Both the position numbers and the translations under genes were made by a program. Below, piece by piece: positions 34,424-46,324 of a stretch of 64,000 nucleotides of DNA. The notes under the pieces are model-generated. The model was not told the DNA's origin. It saw nothing but the letters and a program-made list of their open reading frames with translations, and did not search any database. Source of the DNA: Macrostomum lignano (taxonomy: Eukaryota); the NCBI GenBank assembly GCA_002269645.1, contig NIVC01001659.1, forward strand, positions 62,001-126,000. The letters are read 5' to 3'. Numbering within the stretch: the stretch's first letter is position 1; each line of letters opens with the position of its first letter.

Positions 34424-37400
34424 CTAGAAGTGAAAGCCCGCTGCACTGGCAGGCGGCTCCTGGAACTCGAAGGTCGCCGGAACCGCCAGGCCGCCGCTGC
34501 CGTCACCGCCCGAGACGCCGCCGCCACTGCCAGTCGTCAGCTGCAAGGGCTGCTCGTCAGCACCCCCCCGCTCCTCGTCCAGTGCCTCATCGTCGGCCGA
34601 TGCGGAGAAGTACCTATCGATGAGGAGGTGCGACCGGCGGTACAGCCGCTCGTTCTCGTGACTCTGCAGGTACTCCAGGCGCTCCAGGCCCGAGCACTCC
34701 TCAACCAGGTGTACGAATGGGTTCCGTCCCGAGCCTGCGGCCGCGGCCAGTGACGCGCCCGAGCGCAGCACAGCCTCCAGGGCGGTCAGCGCCACCTCCA
34801 CGATGCGAGCGTCCGGCAGGTTTAGCAGGTCGCACAGGGGCTGCAGGCAGCCGCAGCTCACCAGGTAGTTCACCTGGGATTGGAATTGATTAATATCTCG
34901 ATACCGTGAGGGTGCATCAGAAGCATTATCAATTTAATTCTAGACAACAGATTCCAGCTGGTTATATCTGAAATATCTGTCTCATGGCTACGTCAAAAGT
35001 GCAGGGCCCTTAAACGCGTCTGACCCAAAGTTCGATTTTTGTCGTGCCATTCCCGCCAATCACCAAGGCATAGGGAGCGTACATGCACAATGACGAGTCA
35101 GAGCCACTGTACACCCCGAGTGAGCGTGTGCCGCCGGCTGACTTAAGGAAAAACTTTGCCGAGTTTGTAGACCACGAAATCTCACATCGGCGGGCGGAAA
35201 ACGGCCGCATGGTCACGTGGGTCAGTTAAAACGCAAACCGACAGACGACTTGTAAGGCATCGATGAGGCAAGCAGTCAGGCTCATTTCTTGAGCACGCAC
35301 ACGGATGCGTACTCGTACGCATACACTTCGCACAGCCGACTTTCTCATCAGTCATGTACACCGCATGTATCATGTACACTGCACATCATTTATACCCGTT
35401 GTATCATTTACACTTCACATCATGTTCATCCCATTTATCATGTACACTGCACATCATGTACACTCTATGTATCATGTACACTGCACATCATGTACACTCT
35501 ATGTATCATGTACACTGCACATCATGTACACTCTATGTATCATGTACACTGCACATCATGTACACCATATGTATCATGTACACTGCACATCATGTACACT
35601 CTATGTATCATGTAAATCCTATGTATCATGTACCCTGCACATTTTGTAAACCCCATGCCTAGGGGTCGGCTATCACGGGCGTCAATGGCACAAGCCACAG
35701 ACCAATAGCCGCGCAACAGCCTCAAGTTGATGTGGCCACGCGCGGAATTGAACCCGGCTACTTTGAGCTGCTCAGTACTTTATTATTCCTATAACATTAA
35801 TAATCACCCATTGAATTCCCAACACCCACCTGCTCCGGGGAGCCGCCTGAAGCTGCGTTGGCCACAAACCAGGCGGCCTCCTTGCGGGTGCCGAACTCGG
35901 CGTAGCGGAGCGCCTCCAGCACCGGGCCGGCCAGGCTGCAGTCCAGCACCGCCTGGATCTGGCTGCGGTTGCCCGCCGCCACGTTTGACGTCACCCAGCA
36001 GGTGTCCTTGCGGGCCCAGTCCGGACCGTCCGCTGACAGCAGGCTGGACAGGGCGGGCAGCAGCTGGCAGTTCAGCAGCACCTGCGGGCCAATGGCGGAC
36101 AGCTACACCTATGAATATGGTACCGGTGACTAGGTGCGGAACACCTGTGTCTGAGTATGGTCCCGGTCAACAGGTGCGGGACACCTGTGTCTGAGTATGG
36201 TCCCGGTCAACAGGTGCGGGACACCTGTGTCTGAGTATGGTCCCGGTCAACAGGTGCGGGACACCTGTGTCTGAGTATGGTCCCGGTCAACAGGTGCGGG
36301 ACACCTGTGTCTGAGTATGGTCCCGGTCAACAGGTGCGGGACACCTGTGTCTGAGTATGGTCCCGGTCAACAGGTGCGGGACACCTGTGTCTGAGTATGG
36401 TCCCGGTCAACAGGTGCGGGACACCTGTGTCTGAGTATGGTCCCGGTCAACAGGTGCGGGACACCTGTGTCTGAGTATGGTCCCGGTCAACAGGTGCGGG
36501 ACACCTGTGTCTGAGTATGGTCCCGGTCAACAGGTGCGGGACACCTGTGTCTGAGTATGGTCCCGGTCAACAGGTGCGGGACACCTGTGTCTGAGTATGG
36601 TCCCGGTCAACAGGTGCGGGACACCTGTGTCTGAGTATGGTCCCGGTCAACAGGTGCGGGACACCTGTGTCTGAGTATGGTCCCCGGCGAAACACCTGTC
36701 TGAGTATGGTCCCCGGTTACCGGGTGCAGGACACCTGTGTCTGAGTATAATCCCCGGTCACCACGTGCGGGACACCTGTGTCTGAGTATAATCCCCGGTC
36801 ACCACGTGCGGGACACCTGTGTCTGAGTATAATCCCCGGTCACCCCGTGCGGGACACCTGTGCCTGAGTATGGTCTCCGGTCACCACGTGCGGGACACCT
36901 GTGCCTGAGTATGGTCCCTGGTCACGGGTTCGGGATATAGCCACCCCAACAAACCTGTGTCTGAATATCGTCCCCGGTCACCAGGTTCCCGACGGCTCGC
37001 AGCGCCGGCCGCGCCACCAGCTGCTGCGGATGTTGAATGAGAGCCACCAGCCGCCGGCAGACGCCAGTGTCAATGACGGCCTGCACGCGGTCGTTGTCGC
37101 CGTCGGACACGTAGGCAAGGGCCCAGCAGACGTCTGACAGGATGTCCGGCTCGCTGTGGAAGGCCAGCCGGGCCAGCAGGGGCAGGCAGGGCTGCAGTGC
37201 GGCCAGCTGCGGGGCCGCCATGCCGGCATGCCTGAGAGACGCGGGTTATTAATCGGGGAGTGAGATGAGTTGCGCTGTGATGAGCCCTAGCTCTACGTTA
37301 TAAGTTCTCAAAGGAAGTTGCTCAAATCTCACTGGTTTTTAAATAGAACTGCTCATTACAAAAAGGAGTCAAGTAGAATTGCTAGGACAGACTCAGAATC

Positions 37401-39539
37401 GCTGATATCGCCTAGGACTCGAGGAGAATCGCTCATGCCTCCAAGGACTCGAGGGGAATCGCTCATGCCTCCAAGGACTCGAGGGGAATCGCTCATGCCT
37501 CCAAGGACTCGAGGGGAATCGCTCATGCCTCCAAGGACTCGAGGAGAATCGCTCATGCCTCCAAGGACTCGAGGGAATCGCTCATGCCTCCAAGGACTCG
37601 AGGGGAATCGCTCATGCCTCCAAGGACTCGAGGGGAATCGCTCATGCCTCCAAGGACTCGAGGGGAATCGCTCATGCCTCCAAGGACTCGAGGAGAATCG
37701 CTCATGCCTCCAAGGACTCGAGGGGAATCGCTCATGCCTCCAAGGACTCGAGGGGAATCGCTCATGCCTCCAAGGACTCGAGGAGAATCGCTCATGCCTC
37801 CAAGGACTCGAGGGGAATCGCTCATGCCTCCAAGGACTCGAGGGGAATCGCTCATGCCTCCAAGGACTCGAGGAGAATCGCTCATTGCACAGAGGACTCC
37901 AGGGAATCGCACAAAAATGTTAATATAAGATCAAGGGAATGCCCTATGAAATCAAGAACTCAATGGAAATTTTAGTCACCAAGATCTCACAGGAGTGGCT
38001 AATAAAAGAGCTCAATTCCGATTTAATAACATTAAAAATCTCCCGAACCACCCGGATCCCCAGCTGTCCAACTGGAATTCCAAAATGCTCACCTGCCGTT
38101 GCCGCAGCGGCACAGGTTGGCGAGGCACCAGGCGCCCACCCGCACCAGGCCGTCCCCGCTGGCGTGTCGGACCGCCCGGGCCAGCGGCTCGATGGTGCCG
38201 GCTGCCACCACGGCGTCTCTGGTGGCGGCAGAGTCGCCAGCGATGTTGGCGAGGGCCCAGGCCGCCTGCTCGGTGAGCTGCGCCGGCTGGCGCTCCCAGC
38301 TGTCCAGCAGCGCTACCAGGGCGGCCAGGGCGCCAGGCGCCTCAGCTACGGCCAGCGAGTGGCGGCTCTGCCCGGAGGCCACGTTGGTGATGGCCCAGGC
38401 GGATTCGAACTGCAAGGCGGGGTGTCCGGACTCGGACAGGCCGGCGATCAGCCAGGGCAGCGCGCCAGCCTGCAGCAGCGCGTCTGAGCAGGGGGGAACA
38501 GCAGGTGTGTTTTAAGCCTGTCTGCTTTGCAGATGCAGCCCATTTACTTTCCATCCAGTGGCTTGCACCACAAATACTTGATTAAAAAGATGTCGGTTGC
38601 AAAAATGCGCTTATCTACTTTACTCTCTTTTTAATAGCATAAGCGTTTTTTGCCTTTACAATAATAAGACCAAAAACCTTAACCTCTCCTTACTGCTCTC
38701 TCATTGGCTGAGCTAGATTGGGCCTGCTCCCTAGACTAAGTTTCGTCCCTCAGACTTCGACCATCCACCTGAACTCTTTAGAGAGGGACAGCGCTGTGGA
38801 CACTGGCACAGCACCAGCCATGGGGTCAGCGGGGGTCAGCAGAATGGGCATCCAGAGCCCTCTGCGGATAAGTCAAGGTTGCCCTTCGACTTTATAATTC
38901 CAAGAATTCCAACAAGAAGCAGCAAGACAAGAATTACGAAGCGAATCTCCAATAGGGCGTGCCAATTCTTGCGAAAAGTACACAAGAGTAGACTCGGAAC
39001 CTCAGAACTTTCGGACACATGCAGGTGTAGAAGCTCACAGAGTCCGCTAATCCGACTCCATAGCCCCATTTCAATCGAGCCCGGGACCTCTCCCCGACAG
39101 CCAACTCACCGACTGGCGGGTCGCTGACCCGACACAGCAGGTGCCGCAGCCGCCGCGTTGCCTCCAGGCGGGCCTCCCAGCTGGGCTCGGCCAGGCGGCC
39201 AACCAGCAAGGTCAGGCCGTCTGCTGAGGGCAGCGGCGAGCCGGGCCGGGCGCCGCCCTGGACAGCACCGGCGTCGCTGGCACCACCGCATTCTTCCATG
39301 CGAGACGCGGCGTCAGAAGCGTCGGCGGCAGTGGCTTCGGCGGCCTCGCCAGCCGGCGGCTGCGGCAGGAGGCTGCGCCGCTTGAACACTTGTTCGTCGT
39401 GGCGCTGGCGCCTCAACTGGGCGCCAACTTCGTCTCTGCGCCGGCGCATCTCTTCGGAGCTGAGGCCGGCGTTCTTGTAGGCCCGCATGCGGCTGCGTTG
39501 CTGCTCGGTGAGGCCCGCCTGCTCCTCGGGCTGCGCCAT
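34424..39539 (-). CDS. KPNA: Importin subunit alpha (karyopherin alpha). Exons approximately 39539-39110, 38485-38093, 37232-36953, 36082-35828, 34873-34424
   Basis: IBB domain ([40 protein letters not shown]). ARM repeats [68 protein letters not shown] and KEAAW..ANA.SGG. C-terminal [11 protein letters not shown]...HLLIDRYF. Confidence 0.95.
35000..35135 (+). mobile_element. Shortened SINE copy (same family)
   Basis: aacgcgtctgacccaaagttcgattt head remnant plus ccaaggcatagggagcgtacat...ctgtacaccccgagtgagcgtgtg tail. Confidence 0.55.
35280..35780 (-). mobile_element. SINE copy containing a 34-bp tandem expansion (35350-35640)
   Basis: B-box gggttcaattcc and gccgacccctaggc tail. The array (catgtacactgcacatcatgtacactctatgtat)n sits at the GTGTACAT motif, and the gagaaagtc tail resumes after it. 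Confidence 0.6.
36125..36960. repeat. 40-bp array copying an importin alpha exon end plus GT (about 20 copies)
   Basis: Minus-strand unit gaccgggaccatactcagacacag|gtgtcccgcacctgtt versus the true exon end gtgaccggggacgatattcagacacag|gtttgt. Confidence 0.92.
37405..37885. repeat. 30-bp minisatellite (CCTCCAAGGACTCGAGGGGAATCGCTCATG)n
   Basis: Direct reading. Confidence 0.96.
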
Positions 39540-39589
39540 AGATGGCGAGGAGGCCGCGGCGGCAGGATCAGGTTTAGCGTCTTCTGGAG

Positions 39590-39995
39590 AGATCTGCAAG
39601 CAGCACATTGCATTGGTTTTCTAATTCCTAATAATAAATCACTGAATAATCTGAGATCTGCAAGCAGCACATTGCATTGGTTTTCTAATTCCTAATAATA
39701 AATCACTGAATAATCTGAGATCTGCAAGCAGCACATTGCATTGGTTTTCTAATTCCTAATAATAAATCACTGAATAATCTGAGATCTGCAAGCAGCACAT
39801 TGCATTGGTTTTCTAATTCCTAATAATAAATCACTGAATAATCTGAGATCTGCAAGCAGCCCATTGCGTTGGTTTTCTAATTCCTAATAATAAATCACTG
39901 AATAATCTGAGATCTGCAAGCAGCACATTGCATTGGTTTTCTAATTCCTAATAATAAATCACTGAATAATCTGAGATCTGCTAGTGGGCACATTG
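39590..39995. repeat. 64-bp array copying the splice acceptor upstream of the importin alpha ATG (about 6 copies)
   Basis: Each minus-strand unit ends aatgtgctgcttgcag|atctc. Confidence 0.9.
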
Positions 39996-40559
39996 CATTG
40001 GTTTTTTAATTTCTAATAATTGTCAGCAAACAAATGAAACCTGCTCAATCTACTCATCTATGTTCAGAAGCTATATTAGGATTTGAGTCAGAGCCTATCT
40101 AGTAGAGGACTAATCAGCACTGTGCAATCAAAAGTAAGTGCCACTCTTTATATACTTATTATATAGACATTTTTTATAATACTGAAAGTTTATTATTCTA
40201 TTTGTTGTACTTTGAGGCAGCATGGCCAAATGAATACGATGCAAGAAGCAATTGCAGGGTAGAAAAGTAACAAAGGCTTGAAAGGCTGGTGCGCACTTAT
40301 ATTATAATTTACCTACTAACCAGCATGATTCAGCAAACCCCCCACCCGGCCTAGGCCGGTCTGGGCAGACAGACAAAACCCCCCAGCCAATCAGAACACA
40401 AGAACCCTAACCAGCATACAAGCCATACACAACACTATTATTAATTCAAATTTCATTTATCTATCTTTACAACAGCTCCAAGGACTATGTGCCTTCCTGG
40501 AATATGCCGCACATGGTGATCCAATAGCTAAAGGTGTTCATTGGCTAGAGATCTACTGG

Positions 40560-41070
40560 CATCTATCAAGTGTCAGTTCTTTGATATCCTGAACTTGAAT
40601 AATGAGTTATCATTGCTGGACCCATATTATTGAGATTTTTGGGCTTTTGCAATGATGCATTGGCACAAAACAAAGCACAAGCCATTCTGCAAAAACTGAC
40701 AATAGCTTAGACTAGCCTGGCTACTCCATGTGGCAACAATACCGACTATGCTCCAATTGTTCTTGATGACTTGGGGACTCTAAACTTATAGACTACTACT
40801 GCAAAGACAACTTTAATTGAGACTCAGGTGCCTACTTAGGTGGCTGCTTATCTGCAGGAACCATTGCTTCTATGACCTAGTGAAACCAATCAGTAGACAG
40901 CTGCCACATTGCATTAGTGGGCAGACAATAGACATAAGTATGCTCAACTAGAAGTGCTTACTAGGCATATTCTAAATGTGCCTGTCTCTAGCATAGATTC
41001 TAAGAGTTTCTTTAATGCTAAGAAAGGGACTGATTGTGACTAAGAAGAGGAATTGGCTCTTAAGTCTTAG
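40560..41070 (+). pseudogene. Heavily eroded hAT transposase C-terminus (dimerization domain)
   Basis: LASIKCQFFDIL...ELSLLDPY (compare ATLLDPRF) and H*WADNRHKYAQLEVLTRHILNVPVSSIDS..FF...GLIVTKKRN (compare WW..N...YP.L..LAR..L.IPATS..SER.FS.AG.I.T..R). Contains stops and frameshifts. Confidence 0.7.
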
Positions 41071-41660
41071 CTAAAATTGCAGAATTATAGGCGAGAGTTG
41101 AGAAAAGATGTAATATACAGAATATAAATACAAAATAGCACATTAAAAGATTAAAAGGTAAAAGGTAAAAACATAATAGGCTTAGAATACTGAATAAATA
41201 CAAAGTTTAGTAGGCCTAACTAACAAAGTAACAACTAAGACAACTTAAACTCAAAAGTTAAAAATTAAAAGAATACAACTTCACAACTACAAGTTAATAA
41301 AAATGCATTCAAGCAAAAATTATATAAATTTTGAATCAAAAGACCTATTTCCAATTCCTATTTCTTTTAAAGTTTTAGGGTCAGGATCCCAATCTTATAC
41401 TCCCTTGTATCCATTAAATAGGCCCTAACCTAAGCCTGAAGGGCTCCAAAACAAAAGTGTGGGAAAAAGTTATATAGGTCCTATGTCTGAAAGTGTCGGC
41501 GAAAGTTAACCATTGCGACACTTTTTCCGACACTTTTTGTGACATTTTAAGTGTTGCAAAAAAGTGTCGGAAAATCTGTCTGAAAATGTGTTGGCGAAAG
41601 TTATACAGGTCTAGGCAGTAGGCTATGCTATGTAATATAAATATGCTATGTAAATTAAAT

Positions 41661-42495
41661 GGCATTCCTTCAGTTTACGATCATTGAAATTAGTGACGAT
41701 CCCCATTGGAGAGATAGGGAAGATACAAAATTGTTGTCTATTTCATCAAAATGCAAAAAATCAGTAGACAAGCACTCCAATCCTTTTTATTTATCCATCA
41801 TAACACTAGCTACATGTTCAAATGAAAAAAGAAGGTAAAGGGGTTATAGTGATCCATTTTAAAGTTCCAAGAATCCAAAGATGATCCTATATATCCACTT
41901 TGGTTTACAATAATTTAAATGGAAGAGATACATGTAAATGATTGTGAACCGAAGCTAGCATATGTGTGTAAGGGGGTTTTGGTGTTTTACAAGCTCTATC
42001 TGAAATCGATCACTATCTCAATACATGGCTAGCTTCGGTTCACGATCATTTACATGTATTGCTTACATCTAAATGATTGTAAACCGAAGCTGAGGGGGAG
42101 GGGGTGGCAGCGTGCAGAGAATAATAAAGCATCAAGTTACTTGGGAGCGCACATTAACTCAAGATGACATTTCAATTGCCAACAACAAGCCAACAAATAA
42201 ATATATGACTACATATGTCTTTAACACCCCCTCAGCTTCGGTTCACGATCATTTAAATTGAAGAAATACATGTAAATGATCGTGAACCGAAGTGGATATA
42301 TAGGATCCTCATCATCGCAATGCCATTCATTAAAGAAACTATTTGTCGGCTATTCTGTTCAGTTTTTTCTTATGTAACGAATAAGCTCAGTTTAACAATT
42401 TTTGTTTATTTCAAGCAAGCTATGATCATTTATATGAAAAATTACATGGGAACCGAAATGTGGGTGGAAAAATGATCGTAAACTGAAGGAATGCC
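41661..42495. mobile_element. MITE with perfect 25-bp TIRs and an 8-bp TSD (Merlin-like)
   Basis: ggcattccttcagtttacgatcatt (41661-85) and aatgatcgtaaactgaaggaatgcc (42471-95); TSD aattaaat on both sides. Confidence 0.9.
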
Positions 42496-44164
42496 AATTA
42501 AATAATCTTTATTAAATGTTCAATATAAAAGTAGGGCTTTTATATTTTTTCTGACTTTTTTGGAGTCAAAATAATTTAATGAATATAACTTGACAATTGC
42601 CAGCCTGTGTTGACTAACAGACTAAGGCCTAAGCCTATCTTTTGTATTATTAAAATTAAAATTAAATACAAATATAATAATATGGAAATCATATTTTTTT
42701 GCAAAAGCTAGGCCTAGTCTAAATGTCAATAATATGAGCAATTTACAATTAAAATTTGATTTTATACTATAGCAGTATTATTATTACTAGTTTATCTATA
42801 GCATTATCTATACAGTAACATATTTCACAAATATTTCTCTAAGCTTCCTTAAAGTACATAATTACTATATGCAAGTTATTTTTGAGAACCCACAGACCGT
42901 GAAAAATTGCAGAAATAAATAGAAAAGAAGCTATATTCTCAGATCAGAAAGTCAAAACATGACTTAGATTAGAATACGTGTTTGTTTTCAACGGCGATCG
43001 TTCGAAACATGTGCCCGCGGGTTTTTTTAAAAGTAAAGACAAACAAAAAAACAACATTTTTTATAACTTACCAACGTCTTTTCTCAGTTCGAGTATATTT
43101 TTTGCCTAAATATTTTAGCGTGAATTTAAAAACAAGCTGTGAAATAGAAAGTCTTATTAATTAATTATTTTTTAACCTTACCACCGCATGCGTACAGTGC
43201 ACGCAGAGTTTTCCGAGGCTGTGCCCCTTGACATTTTCAACTTTTCGTTTCAAAAACATTTCATGTATCTTTTTGTCCGTTCATAGTTTATTATATATTA
43301 AATTCTACGAAATTATCAATTTTAAGCCTAGGTTTATAATAGAATATATTTGCTGCTCTAGCAACAATAACTGAGGCTGGAACCAAATCCTGATTCCTGA
43401 TAGGCTAAGCCTAACATACAATAGTAATTCTTTCCCGATAATTTTAAGACTTCCAAAATTCCTATTGCAGTAAGTCTAGTTTTAAAACGTCTACATTTTC
43501 TGAAGTTATATATTTTTGTAATTGATTATGCTTCCATCCAATGAAGCATAATCAAGTGCATAATAAGTTGAGCCTATTCAATGATATATAATCAATTGAC
43601 TTAAGCTCTTGAAATTTATTGTATTAGAATGTTCTATTCTATGGCTAGTCTTCTTGTATTAAAATTTTCTATCATATGTCTATGACTAGTGTTGTCTAAT
43701 TCTACTTAGAAATGTAAAAGATAGGTTGAAAACCAGTTTGTAAATCCTTTCTTAGAGTTTGTTTTAAGACATACAACAAATACCTATTTCCTGAAAAGAT
43801 TTCTGACAAACAATTCCTATTACCTAAAATTAAGTAAAGCTGGGCCAAAAATGGTCGTCTATTTTTTCAATCCACATTATGCTGTTTTTACAATATTTCT
43901 GGCATGCTCGGAATTGTTCTTGTAAATGTTTTGGAATGTTTCTGTTTTTTTATTTGTATTCCAATGGTAAAGGCTGATACTAAAATACTAATTTTTATCC
44001 AATCTACACTTGCCTAAATTAATACAGGACTATCTGTTATATAGTAAAGGGTTTTCTGTGCATAAATTTTTTAATTATCTAAGTTTGCATAAAAAATATC
44101 TATAGCACATTTGTTAAATTTGTGTCATAAATACTTCAATGATGAGCATTATTTATTCTTCAGA

Positions 44165-46324
44165 ATGAGCACTGAAGTGCACAAAGTAATCTTTCGCTTA
44201 CTGTGCAACACATGCTGTGTCAAGAATAAAAACCGTGGATCATTCTTGGTCACATTGACTAGCCTACTGCTCAGTTCATGCTTATTCTTCGCTGTAGACT
44301 GTCCTGCATTGGCCACCGCCGTCTCGCCGTGCGTCCCAGTTGCTGGTGCATTTCTGGCAGCGTTCGTCGTGAGTTGCCTCCTTGCAACTGCACTTACCGA
44401 CCCCGGCGTTGTGCCGAGACCTCCGCCTGACGAGGCTGAGTATTTCGAATCTTTGATGCCTGGTTTGTGACAATTCGACAGCTGCCATAGAGCTACGAGT
44501 ATTATAAGAATACTGCGAAATTTAGTGTGCTGCTCTATATCTGCAGTAAAAAAAACCATTCCGCCTTTTGCAGACGAAAGATGGGTGCGAAGCGACAAGC
44601 GTAAGATAGCAATCTGCGGCCGCAGCTACGATCAGAAGTTCTGTGCCACCTGCCGTCTGTGGCGGCCACCTCGCGCGGGTCATTGCTCCCGGTGCGACAA
44701 CTGCGTCCTCCGCTTTGATCACCACTGTTTCTGGGTTGGCAACTGCATCGGAGCTCGCAACTATCGCCAGTTTTTTATGTTCATCCTCGGCTTGCAGGTT
44801 TACAGCCTGTTTGTCCTTTTCTTCTCAGTTTATCACCTTTTCGGCCGTAAGTTTAGTGGCTAAAACTGCAACTTAGTTATTGGAAGTCTCTAAGTATTTT
44901 GCTATAAAGCTGTTCAACTCGCACGAAAACGGCATTTTACGAGCGTAAAAGCCGGATTTCTCTATGATTTCAGTTCCACACGGTGGAGATTGGAAAGCCT
45001 TTGTAAACGGGATCGCCCAAGCACCAACAAGATATCCTTTCGCATATTGTATGGGTTTAGCAGCTAATTAAAGGCAATGTTTTTTGTGTTTTCTATAATT
45101 TCATTGTATCTGTAACCCCATTGAGCTGACAGCTTATTTTCCTTAACCACGCATCCTGATGCCAAAAATCGATGTGAAAATCGTCGACTTCAACTTGCGA
45201 TGCACTTCCTTTACTTTGATTAATGCAATTGTGGCGGCCGCTACTGCCGGCTCGATGCTCATCGTGTTGGTCTATCATGCCGGACTGGTCTGCACCGAAC
45301 TCACTACTAGTGAGGATGTGAGTCCAATGGTTTCGGACAATTACGACTGGAAGAAGGTGGAAGTTTGATTGAATCTGGTGTCTCTGTCTGTTCGAGAATG
45401 TCTTGAATGATCAATAAACTTTCAACCACGAAGCAGCGATGAGATGGTCTGGGCCTAACATCACTCATCTCACTGCTCATCTTACCATCTCACTGCTCAT
45501 CTTACTCATCTCACTGCTCATCTTATTCATCTAACTGCTCATCTCACCGTCCATCTTACTCATCTCAGTGCCCATCCTACTCATCTCAGTGCCCATCCTA
45601 CTCATCTCAGTGCCCATCCTACTCATCTCAGTGCCCATCCTACTCATCTCAGTGCCCATCCTACTCATCTCAGTGCCCATCCTACTCATCTCAGTGCCCA
45701 TCCTATTCATCTCACTGCTCATCTTACTTATCTCACTGCTCATCTTACTCATCTCACTGCAAATCTCTGACTAACTCACTGCAAATTTCCCTCAATCCAC
45801 TGGACAGTAGCCTCGAATAAAATGAATTTTTGTGTGTTCACAGTCTGACAGGTAAATTTTGATTCCTTTGTACATTAATAATAAGATTGACGCAGCTCAT
45901 GGTTGGGGTGTGAATGAGTCACTCATGCGCCTTCGCATCTCTTCACTGAACAATTTTACAGTCCAAGCAGACCTTCGTAGTCTCGTCCCTGCGCGAGGAC
46001 GATCAAACCCGGGCCAACCCGTTCGACCGGGGCTGCCCGGCGAACTGCAGCCGGATTCTGTGCGGCCCCTTCCCGCCCAGCCTGATGCGGCGGGTTGACG
46101 GTGACCTACGGCAGCAAGGGACACCGCCGCCGCCGCCGCCTACCGTCTGGAAGTCGCACCGCCTGTCTGGCGATTCGCAGTCCAAGCTGCTGCCTTCTGG
46201 AGAAGCTGGTAAGCTGCATTGGCTAAGAAGATCGAATTGCATGACTGTAACAGCTGACTTGGTTCAATTCCAGAGCTACATTCGGCGGATAGTGGCAACG
46301 CCTACAACTTGCAGTAGAAACTGA
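44165..46324 (+). CDS. DHHC palmitoyltransferase (ZDHHC9/14/18-like). Exons approximately 44165-44461, 44574-44847, a possible small exon near 44974, ~45210-45316 and 45961 onward (3' end uncertain)
   Basis: TDPGVVPR; [46 protein letters not shown]; TTSED (TTxE motif); NPFDRG..NC..ILCGP.PPS. Confidence 0.9.
45460..45765. repeat. 21-bp minisatellite (CTCATCTCAGTGCCCATCCTA)n
   Basis: Direct reading; intronic. Confidence 0.93.
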
